From Candidatus Saccharimonadota bacterium (lineage in GTDB: Archaea; Micrarchaeota; Micrarchaeia; Micrarchaeales; Micrarchaeaceae): 32,000 nucleotides of DNA. Of the stretch, positions 1-8,656 are shown in pieces. Under the pieces are notes generated by a model. It ran no database searches, was not told the origin of the DNA, and saw nothing but the letters and a program-made list of their open reading frames with translations. The translations under genes were made by a program, and so were the position numbers. The stretch spans positions 1,020,001-1,052,000 of the forward strand of contig OY970071.1 in the NCBI GenBank assembly GCA_963705375.1, read 5' to 3'. The stretch's first letter is position 1. Each line of letters begins with the position of its first letter.

Positions 1-1
1 C

Positions 2-325
2 ATTGATGATTACCATATAATGAAAAGGGCATTCCCGAAAACATGGCGGTTTGCATCGAAAAAAGCCTGGACTGACTTGGACAAAGGCGTGCTGGACCTC
101 AATGCTGTTGATTATGCAAAAAGCCTTCGGAGCAAGAATGTGCTTCTGGTGCACGGTATGAAGGACAAATCGGTGAACTTCAAAAGATCTGCACAACTAT
201 ATGTGATGATAAAAGGCGGCAAAGGCAAGAAGCGGCTCATTCTGCTTCAGAAAGAGGGGCACTTCGGTCTGCGCGCATTGCGAAAGCCCAAAGTTTTTAA
301 CGAGGTAATCAGGTTCTTGAAATAA
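2..325 (+). CDS. alpha/beta-hydrolase fold protein, C-terminal fragment (5' end lies outside the window)
   Basis: The frame stays open to the left edge, with no stop upstream of the listed ATG at 20. LLVHGMKDKSV ... KEGHFGL matches the usual acid-loop and catalytic-His region at the C-terminus of alpha/beta hydrolases. Confidence 0.55.
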   Translation: MDDYHIMKRAFPKTWRFASKKAWTDLDKGVLDLNAVDYAKSLRSKNVLLVHGMKDKSVNFKRSAQLYVMIKGGKGKKRLILLQKEGHFGLRALRKPKVFNEVIRFLK

Positions 326-338
326 TCGGGCGGATCAT

Positions 339-1058
339 GTGAAAAAACAAGAAGCAATCTTTCTCTGCGCCGTATTCTTTGTTATTGGTTTCGCGTTGGT
401 TTTTTCTTCCATAGGCCTTCTACTACAGACAGTACTTTCCAACGAAACGTTTAATACGATGAATATTATCCGCGACGTAGGTGGCGTGATGATGATCGGG
501 TTCGGATTATTGATGATTGCTTCGACAAAGTATGTCATACCTATTTTTTCTACAGAGCACAGAATCCGTCTGAAACGGTTCGATAACAGTTATTTGACAT
601 CACTCATCTTCGGTATCGCGTTTGCATTGGGCTGGACGCCGTGCGTCGGCCCTATATTGGGTTCCATATACACTTTTGCCGCGACATCGCCTGGAATCGG
701 ATTCCTTCTATTATTGACCTACTCGTTCGGGTTGGGCATACCTTTCCTAATAGTTGGTGCATTCGTATCTAGATTTTCTGAATTCTTTTCTAAGATGAAA
801 AGGTTTATGAAATATTTCAGCATAGTCAGTGGCCTCTTTCTTATTGTAGTTGGCGCGATGGTCGTCACAGGGTATATAGGTGTGCTATCCATATTCCTTC
901 TGGGGCTAAACGGTGCAGTATCATCACCAAATGAACTTAACTTCTTATTGGCCTTGGTTGCAGGTATATTAACATTTCTTTCACCATGCATATTGCCACT
1001 TGTGCCTGCGTACTTTGCGTACATGGTTGGAACAACCGCCGAGAAGGTTAGAAAATGA
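339..1058 (+). CDS. ccdA: CcdA/DsbD-family thiol-disulfide electron-transfer membrane protein (six helices, non-canonical motif order)
   Basis: GTG start. Both family Cys motifs are present: GWTPCVGPILGSIY and LSPCILPLVPAYFAY. About six hydrophobic helices. 4-nt ATGA overlap with the downstream redoxin gene. Confidence 0.8.
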   Translation: MKKQEAIFLCAVFFVIGFALVFSSIGLLLQTVLSNETFNTMNIIRDVGGVMMIGFGLLMIASTKYVIPIFSTEHRIRLKRFDNSYLTSLIFGIAFALGWTPCVGPILGSIYTFAATSPGIGFLLLLTYSFGLGIPFLIVGAFVSRFSEFFSKMKRFMKYFSIVSGLFLIVVGAMVVTGYIGVLSIFLLGLNGAVSSPNELNFLLALVAGILTFLSPCILPLVPAYFAYMVGTTAEKVRK

Positions 1059-2149
1059 ACGTGAAACTGAACATATATGCATTGATACTGCTGATTTCAG
1101 TTGCTTTGACGATAGCGGTAGTGCTTTCAGTAACTATCTTCAACAAGAACCTTCCAGGAGGTTCTCCGTCTAACCTGAGTAACCATGGGAAGGCACCAGA
1201 CATACAAGGCATATCTGCGTGGGTGAACACTCCTCAACCGCTCAATTTTACCTCGTTAAAAGGCAAAATAGTGTTGGTCGATTTCTGGACTTATTCATGC
1301 GTAAACTGCGTACGTGCCATATCGCACGTAGAAGCGTGGTACAATACCTATGGCAAGTACGGTTTCGTAGTGATAGGCGTACACACGCCGGAATTTCCAT
1401 TCGAACATAATATTACAAATGTCGAAGAAGCAATACAGCAGCTGAACATAACATATCCCGTCGCAATAGACAATAACTACACTACGTGGAACGCGTACGG
1501 CAATAAGTACTGGCCTGCCGACTATTTGGTGGACCAAAATGGGAACGTAAGGTTCATCCAACTGGGTGAGGGTAATTATGCCCAGACGGAAGATGCGATA
1601 AGGTCCCTGCTTCTCAGCTTAGGACACACTACACAACTAAACCTTACAAACGACTCTACCGGTGTGAATTTCGCATCGATAGGATCTCCTGAGATGTATC
1701 TTGGCTATGCAGAAATTCAGGGTCACGGAAGTAATATCAGCAGCGAAGACAGTATAGTGCCCAACAATGTAGTCACCTACACAATATCCAGCGTGTTAGG
1801 CCTGTCACAGCACAATGTGATTCATCTGTATGGAAGTTGGTATGACGCGCCAGACAGCATTATTGCCGTCAACAATTCAAAGCTATTTCTTACATATGAC
1901 GCAAAGAAGGCGTACATAGTCGCAAGCGGAAATCAGAGTGTTATTGCTGTAAAGCTCGACGGCGAGAACGTATCCCAACAATATTTGGGCAGTGATGTGT
2001 ACATACAATTGCTGAACGGATCAACCACTGCCACAATCAGTACGCCAAGACTTTACAACATAATATCCTCGCCGTCGTATGGTGCTTGGCACACTTTGGA
2101 GATTGACGCAAGCAAAGGATTCCGGCTGTACTCTTTTACTTTTGGGTGA
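1055..2149 (+). CDS. membrane-anchored thioredoxin-like (TlpA/redoxin) protein with C-terminal beta-sandwich, resembling the DipZ C-terminal region
   Basis: N-terminal TM anchor. The stretch VDFWTYSCVNCVRAI...GVHTPEFPFE...YPVAIDNNYTTWNAYGNKYWPADYLVD...GEGNY carries a CxxC redoxin core. The C-terminal end ...GFRLYSFTFG resembles the jelly-roll tail of mycobacterial DipZ. Confidence 0.85.
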   Translation: MNVKLNIYALILLISVALTIAVVLSVTIFNKNLPGGSPSNLSNHGKAPDIQGISAWVNTPQPLNFTSLKGKIVLVDFWTYSCVNCVRAISHVEAWYNTYGKYGFVVIGVHTPEFPFEHNITNVEEAIQQLNITYPVAIDNNYTTWNAYGNKYWPADYLVDQNGNVRFIQLGEGNYAQTEDAIRSLLLSLGHTTQLNLTNDSTGVNFASIGSPEMYLGYAEIQGHGSNISSEDSIVPNNVVTYTISSVLGLSQHNVIHLYGSWYDAPDSIIAVNNSKLFLTYDAKKAYIVASGNQSVIAVKLDGENVSQQYLGSDVYIQLLNGSTTATISTPRLYNIISSPSYGAWHTLEIDASKGFRLYSFTFG

Positions 2150-2161
2150 AGCGCACAAACC

Positions 2162-2908
2162 TTATTTGTTTGCTGGACGTTTTGGCGTTTCGGCATACAT
2201 GAATATCTCATACTTGTCGTTGTACATCATACAGTAGCCGCTTTCGAGAATCGCCATACACGTATCTGCAAACTTCGCAAGTTCCTGCTGACCATCAAAA
2301 ACAAGGTGTGCCGCAGCTGCGAGCAGGCACTCCGTCTTCAACGAAGCTATGGCAACTACATCGAATGCGATATCTCTGATTTTTGGCGACTTGGTGTCAT
2401 ATCCCATACTTCCAAGTGCATCAAGTGCCGTTTGAAACGCTACGTTCGCCGTCTCAGTCATAGCCGTTTCAAGCAGGTCTGAAGGGTAATTGTCATTCAG
2501 CAGGCTACGCATTATTTTTCTTCCGCTGCGCAGCGTATCTGAGACGTCATCGAAGCTTGTACGTTCGTGCCCAATCGCAAATGATTCTTTTTTGAAAGTA
2601 CGAAGCTCGTGATATGCCTCGCTGCGTGCATCATCTAATTTATTATTGTACTCGCTGGATATTATTCTTCCTTCTAATTCACCATGCGGCTGTGTGCCTT
2701 TATGCTGAAAAAGTGTCGTTTTACTTATCTTTTTGATGAACTCTTTTACCTTCGGTGGGAGATCCTCAACCTTATATCTGCTTGGTTCAGTATCTCGTGT
2801 TCTCTCACGTTGCGGATGATGTAGTGAATCAACGAACTTAATCGTTTTCTCTAAGACGGGTGGAATGTCTGATATAGTCCCTTCATTACTCTTGGTCGTA
2901 TTTGGCAT
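2162..2908 (-). CDS. hypothetical soluble protein (no recognisable motif)
   Basis: Clean 248-aa ORF with ATG start, and an AT-rich TATA-like tract just upstream (2909-2960). Helical-looking composition. No family recognised. Confidence 0.55.
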   Translation of the reverse strand: MPNTTKSNEGTISDIPPVLEKTIKFVDSLHHPQRERTRDTEPSRYKVEDLPPKVKEFIKKISKTTLFQHKGTQPHGELEGRIISSEYNNKLDDARSEAYHELRTFKKESFAIGHERTSFDDVSDTLRSGRKIMRSLLNDNYPSDLLETAMTETANVAFQTALDALGSMGYDTKSPKIRDIAFDVVAIASLKTECLLAAAAHLVFDGQQELAKFADTCMAILESGYCMMYNDKYEIFMYAETPKRPANK

Positions 2909-3045
2909 TTTACCGCCTCTTCTATTCTATTTTGTTTATTTGATATATATACATTCTTGTTCTGCTTTCAAGCGTTGCCCTATTCCATTCCTATCTTGCT
3001 ATTGCACGTTCTTCTTCATTTTCCTATGTGCTTGCCTTATGAACT

Positions 3046-3513
3046 TCATATGGCTTTTGCCTTGAATATTACGCTTTCGATTGCCTTTTCTACGAACCTC
3101 TTATCTGCAAAGAGGTTTGTGTACTCCCTCTGGCCTTTTATGTCCGAAAGACAAGCCCATCTATGTGCCGTGTGCTCAAAATTTCTTCTTATACTGCCGG
3201 TATAGGTGCCAAAAACATAAAGCACATCGTAGTACTTTATCTTCCTGATGGCGTCCACTTTCAAGACTCTATTATATTTTGCAACTAACCTAATGTCTTT
3301 TTCCTCCAGGCCAGTTTCCTCCCACACTTCTCTATACGCCGTTTCATCATATGTTTCGTTCGTTTTCTTCTTACCTCCAACGAAAGTCCATACTCCTGGG
3401 TGTCTCATGAACGGAAGTGCAACTCTTTTCAAGACAAGTATTTTCTCCATCTTGATTATTATTGCAGTTATTCCTGTTTTCTTCAGCAGTTTATAGCTTG
3501 AATAGTAGGACAT
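3046..3513 (-). CDS. Nudix hydrolase
   Basis: Complete Nudix box GX5EX7REUXEEXGU, seen as GKKKTNETYDETAYREVWEETGL. Confidence 0.85.
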   Translation of the reverse strand: MSYYSSYKLLKKTGITAIIIKMEKILVLKRVALPFMRHPGVWTFVGGKKKTNETYDETAYREVWEETGLEEKDIRLVAKYNRVLKVDAIRKIKYYDVLYVFGTYTGSIRRNFEHTAHRWACLSDIKGQREYTNLFADKRFVEKAIESVIFKAKAI

Positions 3514-3622
3514 TAAATCGTACTAAACTTTCATCTCTTCTATGAAAGACCGTCTCTCCCTAGTGCAACGCGTTACAAGTGTAGCACTTCAGAGCCAAAT
3601 TATGCATTCTGTATGTGTCATT

Positions 3623-4339
3623 CTATTTTCCTTTCTTTCTAGGTGCTGTAGGTCTAGAAAGTGATTGATAGATCAAAACGACCAGTATGGTGGAAGTAAG
3701 GCTAAAGAATGCTGAGAATAGGGTCGATAAAGGAGAAACTTTCAATAGCACCGTGACGATGCCGATCACGCCTGTTATTACCGCTATCAATATGTACAGC
3801 ACAAAGAAGGCCGCCAATATGCCCCAGAAGTTGCCCTTCGTCTTTTTCCAGCTGCTTTTTAGCGATTCGACAACGTCTTTCTCTCCGACCACCGATTCTA
3901 CACCAGCAACGCAAAACTTGAAAGCAAGGAATATGCCTGGTATCAATAGCAATATACAACCAATACCGACCGCAATTCCGGCTGCCAGTATTGTAAGAAA
4001 ATATGTTGGATATCTTGCAATAGCTTTTTTGGCTATCTTGACTGGATCTGCATTTTTAGAACTAACGCTGAGCATTATCGAGGCGGTTATAAAGGCTCCA
4101 ATCAAGACAAGAACTAACATGATTATTCCGGCAGAGCCTACAAAAACCAGCAATTCAGAGATAAAAGCACTGAGTGATACTGGATTGTTCGTAAAACTTG
4201 CTGCTAAGGTCTTCATTTGCGCCACAACCAAGAATGACCCTCCGGCACTTATGACTGCACCGACAATCGCGAATAAAAGGGCGTTTCTGTTATTGAAGAG
4301 CGTACTTATGCTGTTTCCAACAATGTCGAATACCTCCAT
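3623..4339 (-). CDS. polytopic membrane protein of unknown function
   Basis: About 6 hydrophobic helices with a lysine-rich C-terminus. The overlapping + strand ORF (3687-4418) has a junk-like composition. Confidence 0.65.
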   Translation of the reverse strand: MEVFDIVGNSISTLFNNRNALLFAIVGAVISAGGSFLVVAQMKTLAASFTNNPVSLSAFISELLVFVGSAGIIMLVLVLIGAFITASIMLSVSSKNADPVKIAKKAIARYPTYFLTILAAGIAVGIGCILLLIPGIFLAFKFCVAGVESVVGEKDVVESLKSSWKKTKGNFWGILAAFFVLYILIAVITGVIGIVTVLLKVSPLSTLFSAFFSLTSTILVVLIYQSLSRPTAPRKKGK

Positions 4340-4492
4340 GCAAACACTCGAATCGACTCATGCATGGAGAGGAATTTATATGTTTATTGTTTGCTGTAGA
4401 ATGTGCTATGGGTGTTAGGGCTGTGTTTGGTGGCCTATCATGTGGGCAATATTTCCTGTCACAACTGCATCAGTAGTTGCTTCTACTATCTC

Positions 4493-6091
4493 TTAGGTTA
4501 TGGGGGCGAGTACGACATGGTACAAGTTAGCTAGCGTATGCACATTGCTGATCACCGCCTGGGAGAAATTGGTGGGTTGCGGCGATAAGACAAGCGTCCA
4601 GTTGCTACTGCATCCGCTGAATGGATTCTGAAATTGGGTAGGAACAAGCGCATATGAGCCTGCTATTGCCGCGCTGCAGTTTGTCAAACCGTCATAGTCG
4701 AAATAGAATCTGGTAAGGTTGTTGAAATTCATGTATACTGCGACATCACCAAAGCCACTATCCGTATATATCCTGGTTGTGTTTGGTACTGCCTGCAGAT
4801 ATTTTGCTGCTTGAAGTTGAGGGTACTGTGCTGCCAGGGCTACGTCATGCGCAAATAATGTGATCTGCAAAGATGTGACCGTAATAAAAAGAATTACGAG
4901 GGCACAAAAAATCATTTTGGTGCCTATCCACTCTTTCTTTGCAGTACGCACTACCGTAATCAACGCTGCTGAAATGATTATAACAAGCGGAGGTGCGACT
5001 AGCGTAAGGTATCTGTCTAGCCTATGCGAGAGCACGTAGGTGAAAGGATTTAGCCCTATAGATTGTGGTCCGAATTCTAAGTATAATATCCCGATAACGA
5101 ACCAGGCTAGCGGAAAGTAGGCGTTCCTGTCTTTCCTGATTGCCAAATACAGCGCAGAGAACACTAAAGCGTAAAAGAAAAATCCTGAGAGAGCCCAGCT
5201 ATTAGCGTAAAAGCCAGATATTCCAATCAAATTCGTCGGATTGCCATTTAAAATTACTTGATATATGGCTCCTGTGATATCATATGGAAACATTATACTA
5301 GGGTAGAAAGAGAGTGCTGTATCTAACGGTAGGGGAATGAGATCGGGCCTTTGTGTCTGGCCATAATACTGCAAATTCTTAGAGAAAGTAATGAACGGAT
5401 ATCCCACATTAACGTAATTAAACAAGAATAGTGCGAGCATTGCAGATACGAGCCCGTAGATGAAGAAAAGGCTCGTTCTGTCCACTGACAGTTTTTTCCT
5501 GACCAACTCTGCCAATGCAAAGGTGCCCAATATTATCCAAAACTCTAGGCCTTGGGGTGTGGTGAGTGGCAGGGCAACAAATGTTGCCCCTGCTGCAAAA
5601 AACCAAAGCCGGGATTTTTCTTTCATCGCTTTTATGAATGCAAAAGCTTCAAGGCATACAAAGAACATCATGGGTATGCTGTCGCTCATTGTGGTGGAAT
5701 ACACTGCCGCAAGAGGAAAAATTGAGAGAAGGAATGCGGCAAGCAGGCCGACGCGATCATCGTAAATTTCCCTGCCGATCAAGAATACAAGTATTACAGA
5801 CAGCACAAATGAAACTATATCCCATGCAGCGCTAGTAATAGCTCCTGCACCGAACAGTTTATAAAAAAAACCTATCGGTATTATCTGCAATGTTCTTAGG
5901 GAGAGTATGTCTCCTGGGGATTGTGTGAAACTGCCTGCCGAGACCTGGTGCGCATAGAATGCATATGCGATGTCGTCGCCCATGTGGCTGGGGCCTATCG
6001 CGCAGGATATTGAGTATGTGACTGTATAAAGGACTATTAGCAGCAAAATTGCATAGACTGCGTGTTTTTTATGTGATTTCTTAAGATTCAC
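4493..6091 (-). CDS. GT-C fold membrane glycosyltransferase (ArnT/PMT, GT39/GT83-like)
   Basis: GTG start. More than 10 TM helices in the N-terminal two thirds. Acidic DD motif in the first loop (HMGDDIAYAFYA). Soluble C-terminal domain with N-x-S/T sites. No WWDYG motif, so it is not AglB/STT3. Confidence 0.6.
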   Translation of the reverse strand: MNLKKSHKKHAVYAILLLIVLYTVTYSISCAIGPSHMGDDIAYAFYAHQVSAGSFTQSPGDILSLRTLQIIPIGFFYKLFGAGAITSAAWDIVSFVLSVILVFLIGREIYDDRVGLLAAFLLSIFPLAAVYSTTMSDSIPMMFFVCLEAFAFIKAMKEKSRLWFFAAGATFVALPLTTPQGLEFWIILGTFALAELVRKKLSVDRTSLFFIYGLVSAMLALFLFNYVNVGYPFITFSKNLQYYGQTQRPDLIPLPLDTALSFYPSIMFPYDITGAIYQVILNGNPTNLIGISGFYANSWALSGFFFYALVFSALYLAIRKDRNAYFPLAWFVIGILYLEFGPQSIGLNPFTYVLSHRLDRYLTLVAPPLVIIISAALITVVRTAKKEWIGTKMIFCALVILFITVTSLQITLFAHDVALAAQYPQLQAAKYLQAVPNTTRIYTDSGFGDVAVYMNFNNLTRFYFDYDGLTNCSAAIAGSYALVPTQFQNPFSGCSSNWTLVLSPQPTNFSQAVISNVHTLANLYHVVLAPIT

Positions 6092-6139
6092 ATAATCATC
6101 TGACGGTCTTCTGATGCTTATTTACGGTTAAGCGGCTAG

Positions 6140-6156
6140 GCCTTAGCCGAGCCGAG
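6140..6156. repeat. third, short copy of the tRNA-His 3'-end-like repeat (gccttagccgagccgag)
   Basis: 17 nt match 8465-8481 with 1 mismatch. The first 9 nt (gccttagcc) also match the tRNA-His 3' acceptor strand at 10315-10323. Confidence 0.5.
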
Positions 6157-6455
6157 TTAAATCCTTCCGGTTTCTGCTCATTGTCGCTGCACTCCCGTCG
6201 ACATTTCTTGGTTATACTCATAGCAAAGCAGCATTAAATAATTATGCTTGATGTGTTCTATGCAACATACGTGATCATACAGAATACAGATGTTTGTAAG
6301 AAAATTCTGAGTACTGCCCAAAGAACTACACCAGAAACTACACCTGACTGGTGTGTGGTTTTGCCGAGTGTAGTGATAATTAAATAAACTGGTGTATTTT
6401 GAGTTAGAATAACTCGAAGAAACGCATAAATACCAATAACGAGTTACCTGTACGA

Positions 6456-8381
6456 ATGACCAGAGAGCATAAGCCTCCACTTACTGAGAAGGTTCACGAA
6501 TCTGGGCCTAAGCGGGTTCCAGTAGATGAGATCTTTAAAGCCGAAGCCTGCGCATTGGGATATTCGCAGAAAAAACTGGCGAAAGTAAAGAAAGATTATG
6601 CAGATTATGTTTCGGAACTTATGGATTCGATATCTGTTTGGCTTGGTTTCAAAGAAGTTGCTAAGCTCGATTCTGCAGATCGGCAAAGGCTTGCGAAGGT
6701 GGTTAGGAATGCTGATGAAAGTGCGCTGTTCAAGTATATCACTAGTTTGTCCCAAAGTTACGTCAAGTCCCCGTATGAACGTGCCAGCCTGCTGATCACT
6801 GCAGTCGAAGAAGACAAATTCTACTGCTATAGTGCAACAGTCCTGCTCGCTGATGCTCTTATACAGCTTGGAAAGCCTGTCACAATCATTGCTGCCCCTG
6901 GGCACATCCTTCTGAGCGGCAAGAAGTGGGTGCTTGAGATCATAAATGAAGAAGAGCGCGATATCTTAGATGTCCGTTCAAGAGAGGAGATTGAACGACG
7001 TTATTCAAAGCAAGAGCGGTGGGAGGGTGGAATGGAAATTTTGCTCTCAGTAGCATACATGGGGTGTGGAAGCAAACTTAGAGAACGGGGAAAATTTCCA
7101 GAAGCACTCGTTGCGTATGACACAGCGATAAGACTGAATCCGAAAGATACAGACGCATGGAACAACAAAGGCTTCACACTTGGCAAGCTGGGAAATACGA
7201 ATGCTGAACTCGCGGCTTATGACAGGGCAACAGAACTGAACCCGCGAGATACGATACCATTGTATAACAAAGGAATTACGCTCAATGGGATGGGCCGAAA
7301 TGAAGAAGCACTCGCAGCCTTTACTAAAGTAATAATATCAAATCCAGAAGATGCAGATGCATGGTACAACGCAGGAAAAGTATTCGGCAAGATGGAAAAG
7401 TTTAAGGAAGCTATTTCGGCCTATGAAACTGCTACAAAACTAAACCCAAAAAATGCATATATATGGAGCGACAAAGGGATCGTGCTCCTCAAGATGAGAA
7501 AGCCTAAGGAAGCGCTCGCGGCCTGTAACGCTGCTATAAAACTAAACCCAGAAAACGCAGGGGCATGGAACAACAAAGGTCGCGTATTCAATTATATGGG
7601 AAAGATAAAGGAGGCGCTCACGGCCTGTGACACTGCAATAGAACTGGACCCGAAGCTTGCGGGTGCATGGTACAGCAAAGGAATGGCACTCTACAAGATG
7701 GGAAAGATGAAGGACGCGATCTTGGCCTTTGACGCTATGACAAGACTGAATCCCAAAGATGTTGATATGTGGCTTTACAAAAGTAGCGTATTTCAAGATA
7801 TTGGAAAGATAAAGGAAGCGCTAGCCGCCTGTAACACTGCTATAAAACTAAACCCGGAAAACGCTGCTGCATGGAACAACAAAGGAAACGCGCTAGAAAA
7901 GATGGGAAAGATGAAGGACGCATTCGTGGCCTATGATAGAGCGATAGAACTGGACCTGGAAGACGAGTATGCCTGGTGCAACAGAGGAATCCTGCTCTAT
8001 GATGTAGGAATGTTGAAGGAAGCGCTCATAGCATGTGATACCGCGATAAGGCTAAAGCCGAACTATACGGAGGCATGGAACGTCAAAGGGAACATATTAA
8101 CTGATATGGGGAAGTTGGAGAAAGCACTCTCGGTCTTTGTTAAGGTAATATGTCTGAACCCCGGGTACGCGAAAGCATGGAACAACAAAGGAAACGTGCT
8201 CCGCAAGATGGGGAAGATGAAGGAGGCTCTCGCAGCCTACGACGCTGCAATACGGTTGGATCCAGAAAATGCTAGAACATGGAGCAACAGAGGCTACCTG
8301 CTCCGCAAGATGGGGAAGACATTTGAGGCTGAAAAGTGCTTTAAGAGAATGAATAAACTCAGAAAATCCTTTCAGAAATAG
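6456..8381 (+). CDS. TPR-repeat protein with an N-terminal transglutaminase-like (Transglut_core2/SirB1-like) domain
   Basis: 13 back-to-back 34-aa TPR units with no indels from aa 200 to the C-terminus (AWNNKG...LGK..EAL.AYD.AI.LNP). The N-terminal YCYSATVLLADALIQLGKPVTIIAAPGHILL resembles the Cys...PGHF core of transglutaminase-like/TPR proteins. Confidence 0.85.
   Translation: MTREHKPPLTEKVHESGPKRVPVDEIFKAEACALGYSQKKLAKVKKDYADYVSELMDSISVWLGFKEVAKLDSADRQRLAKVVRNADESALFKYITSLSQSYVKSPYERASLLITAVEEDKFYCYSATVLLADALIQLGKPVTIIAAPGHILLSGKKWVLEIINEEERDILDVRSREEIERRYSKQERWEGGMEILLSVAYMGCGSKLRERGKFPEALVAYDTAIRLNPKDTDAWNNKGFTLGKLGNTNAELAAYDRATELNPRDTIPLYNKGITLNGMGRNEEALAAFTKVIISNPEDADAWYNAGKVFGKMEKFKEAISAYETATKLNPKNAYIWSDKGIVLLKMRKPKEALAACNAAIKLNPENAGAWNNKGRVFNYMGKIKEALTACDTAIELDPKLAGAWYSKGMALYKMGKMKDAILAFDAMTRLNPKDVDMWLYKSSVFQDIGKIKEALAACNTAIKLNPENAAAWNNKGNALEKMGKMKDAFVAYDRAIELDLEDEYAWCNRGILLYDVGMLKEALIACDTAIRLKPNYTEAWNVKGNILTDMGKLEKALSVFVKVICLNPGYAKAWNNKGNVLRKMGKMKEALAAYDAAIRLDPENARTWSNRGYLLRKMGKTFEAEKCFKRMNKLRKSFQK
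7053..8378 (+). repeat. coding tandem array, 13 x 102 nt (TPR units)
   Basis: Strict 34-codon periodicity. Some units are near-identical at DNA level, e.g. gctataaaactaaaccc(a/g)gaaaacgc...gcatggaacaacaaagg at about 7534-7580 and about 7840-7886. Confidence 0.85.
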
Positions 8382-8421
8382 GAAATAAATGAGTTTGACA
8401 CACGAAGGCAAAATGCCATAT

Positions 8422-8476
8422 AAGTCTTTTCTTTCGACGACAAGGTCTGGTAAATCAAAAATGAGCCTTAGCTGAG
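8422..8476. repeat. direct repeat copy A (tRNA-His trailer plus 3'-end-like sequence)
   Basis: Aligns to 10272-10326 at a constant offset of 1850 bp. 36-bp perfect core at 8428-8463, with 5 mismatches towards the edges. Confidence 0.9.
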
Positions 8477-8656
8477 CCGAGCACTTTTGTGTCATGTCCT
8501 GACCGATATGTGTCGATATACAATTCGTACATCTCGTTAACCTTGAAATAATCGGAATATAACAATGCAGGTCTACTCTTTTCTTACCAGGATATAGAAC
8601 CTTAATAAAGTATGCGAGTGCATAGAAAATGGATTTTGTTAGCTCGGGTAACTGTG

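Noticed and set aside
3526-3539. The 13-mer taaactttcatct shared with 16714-16726 (the promoter of the wHTH gene).
   Set aside because: A 13-nt match is expected by chance several times in 32 kb when both strands are considered. Its orientation also does not fit the neighbouring genes.
3687-4418. 243-aa + strand ORF.
   Set aside because: It is antisense to a convincing multi-TM membrane protein gene, and its own translation lacks any structure-like pattern.
6178-6905. Minus-strand ORFs 6178-6480 and 6444-6905 in and next to the 364-bp spacer.
   Set aside because: Their composition is Cys/Tyr/Ser-rich junk. The second is antisense to the TPR gene's N-terminal domain. The spacer is better explained as two divergent promoters.
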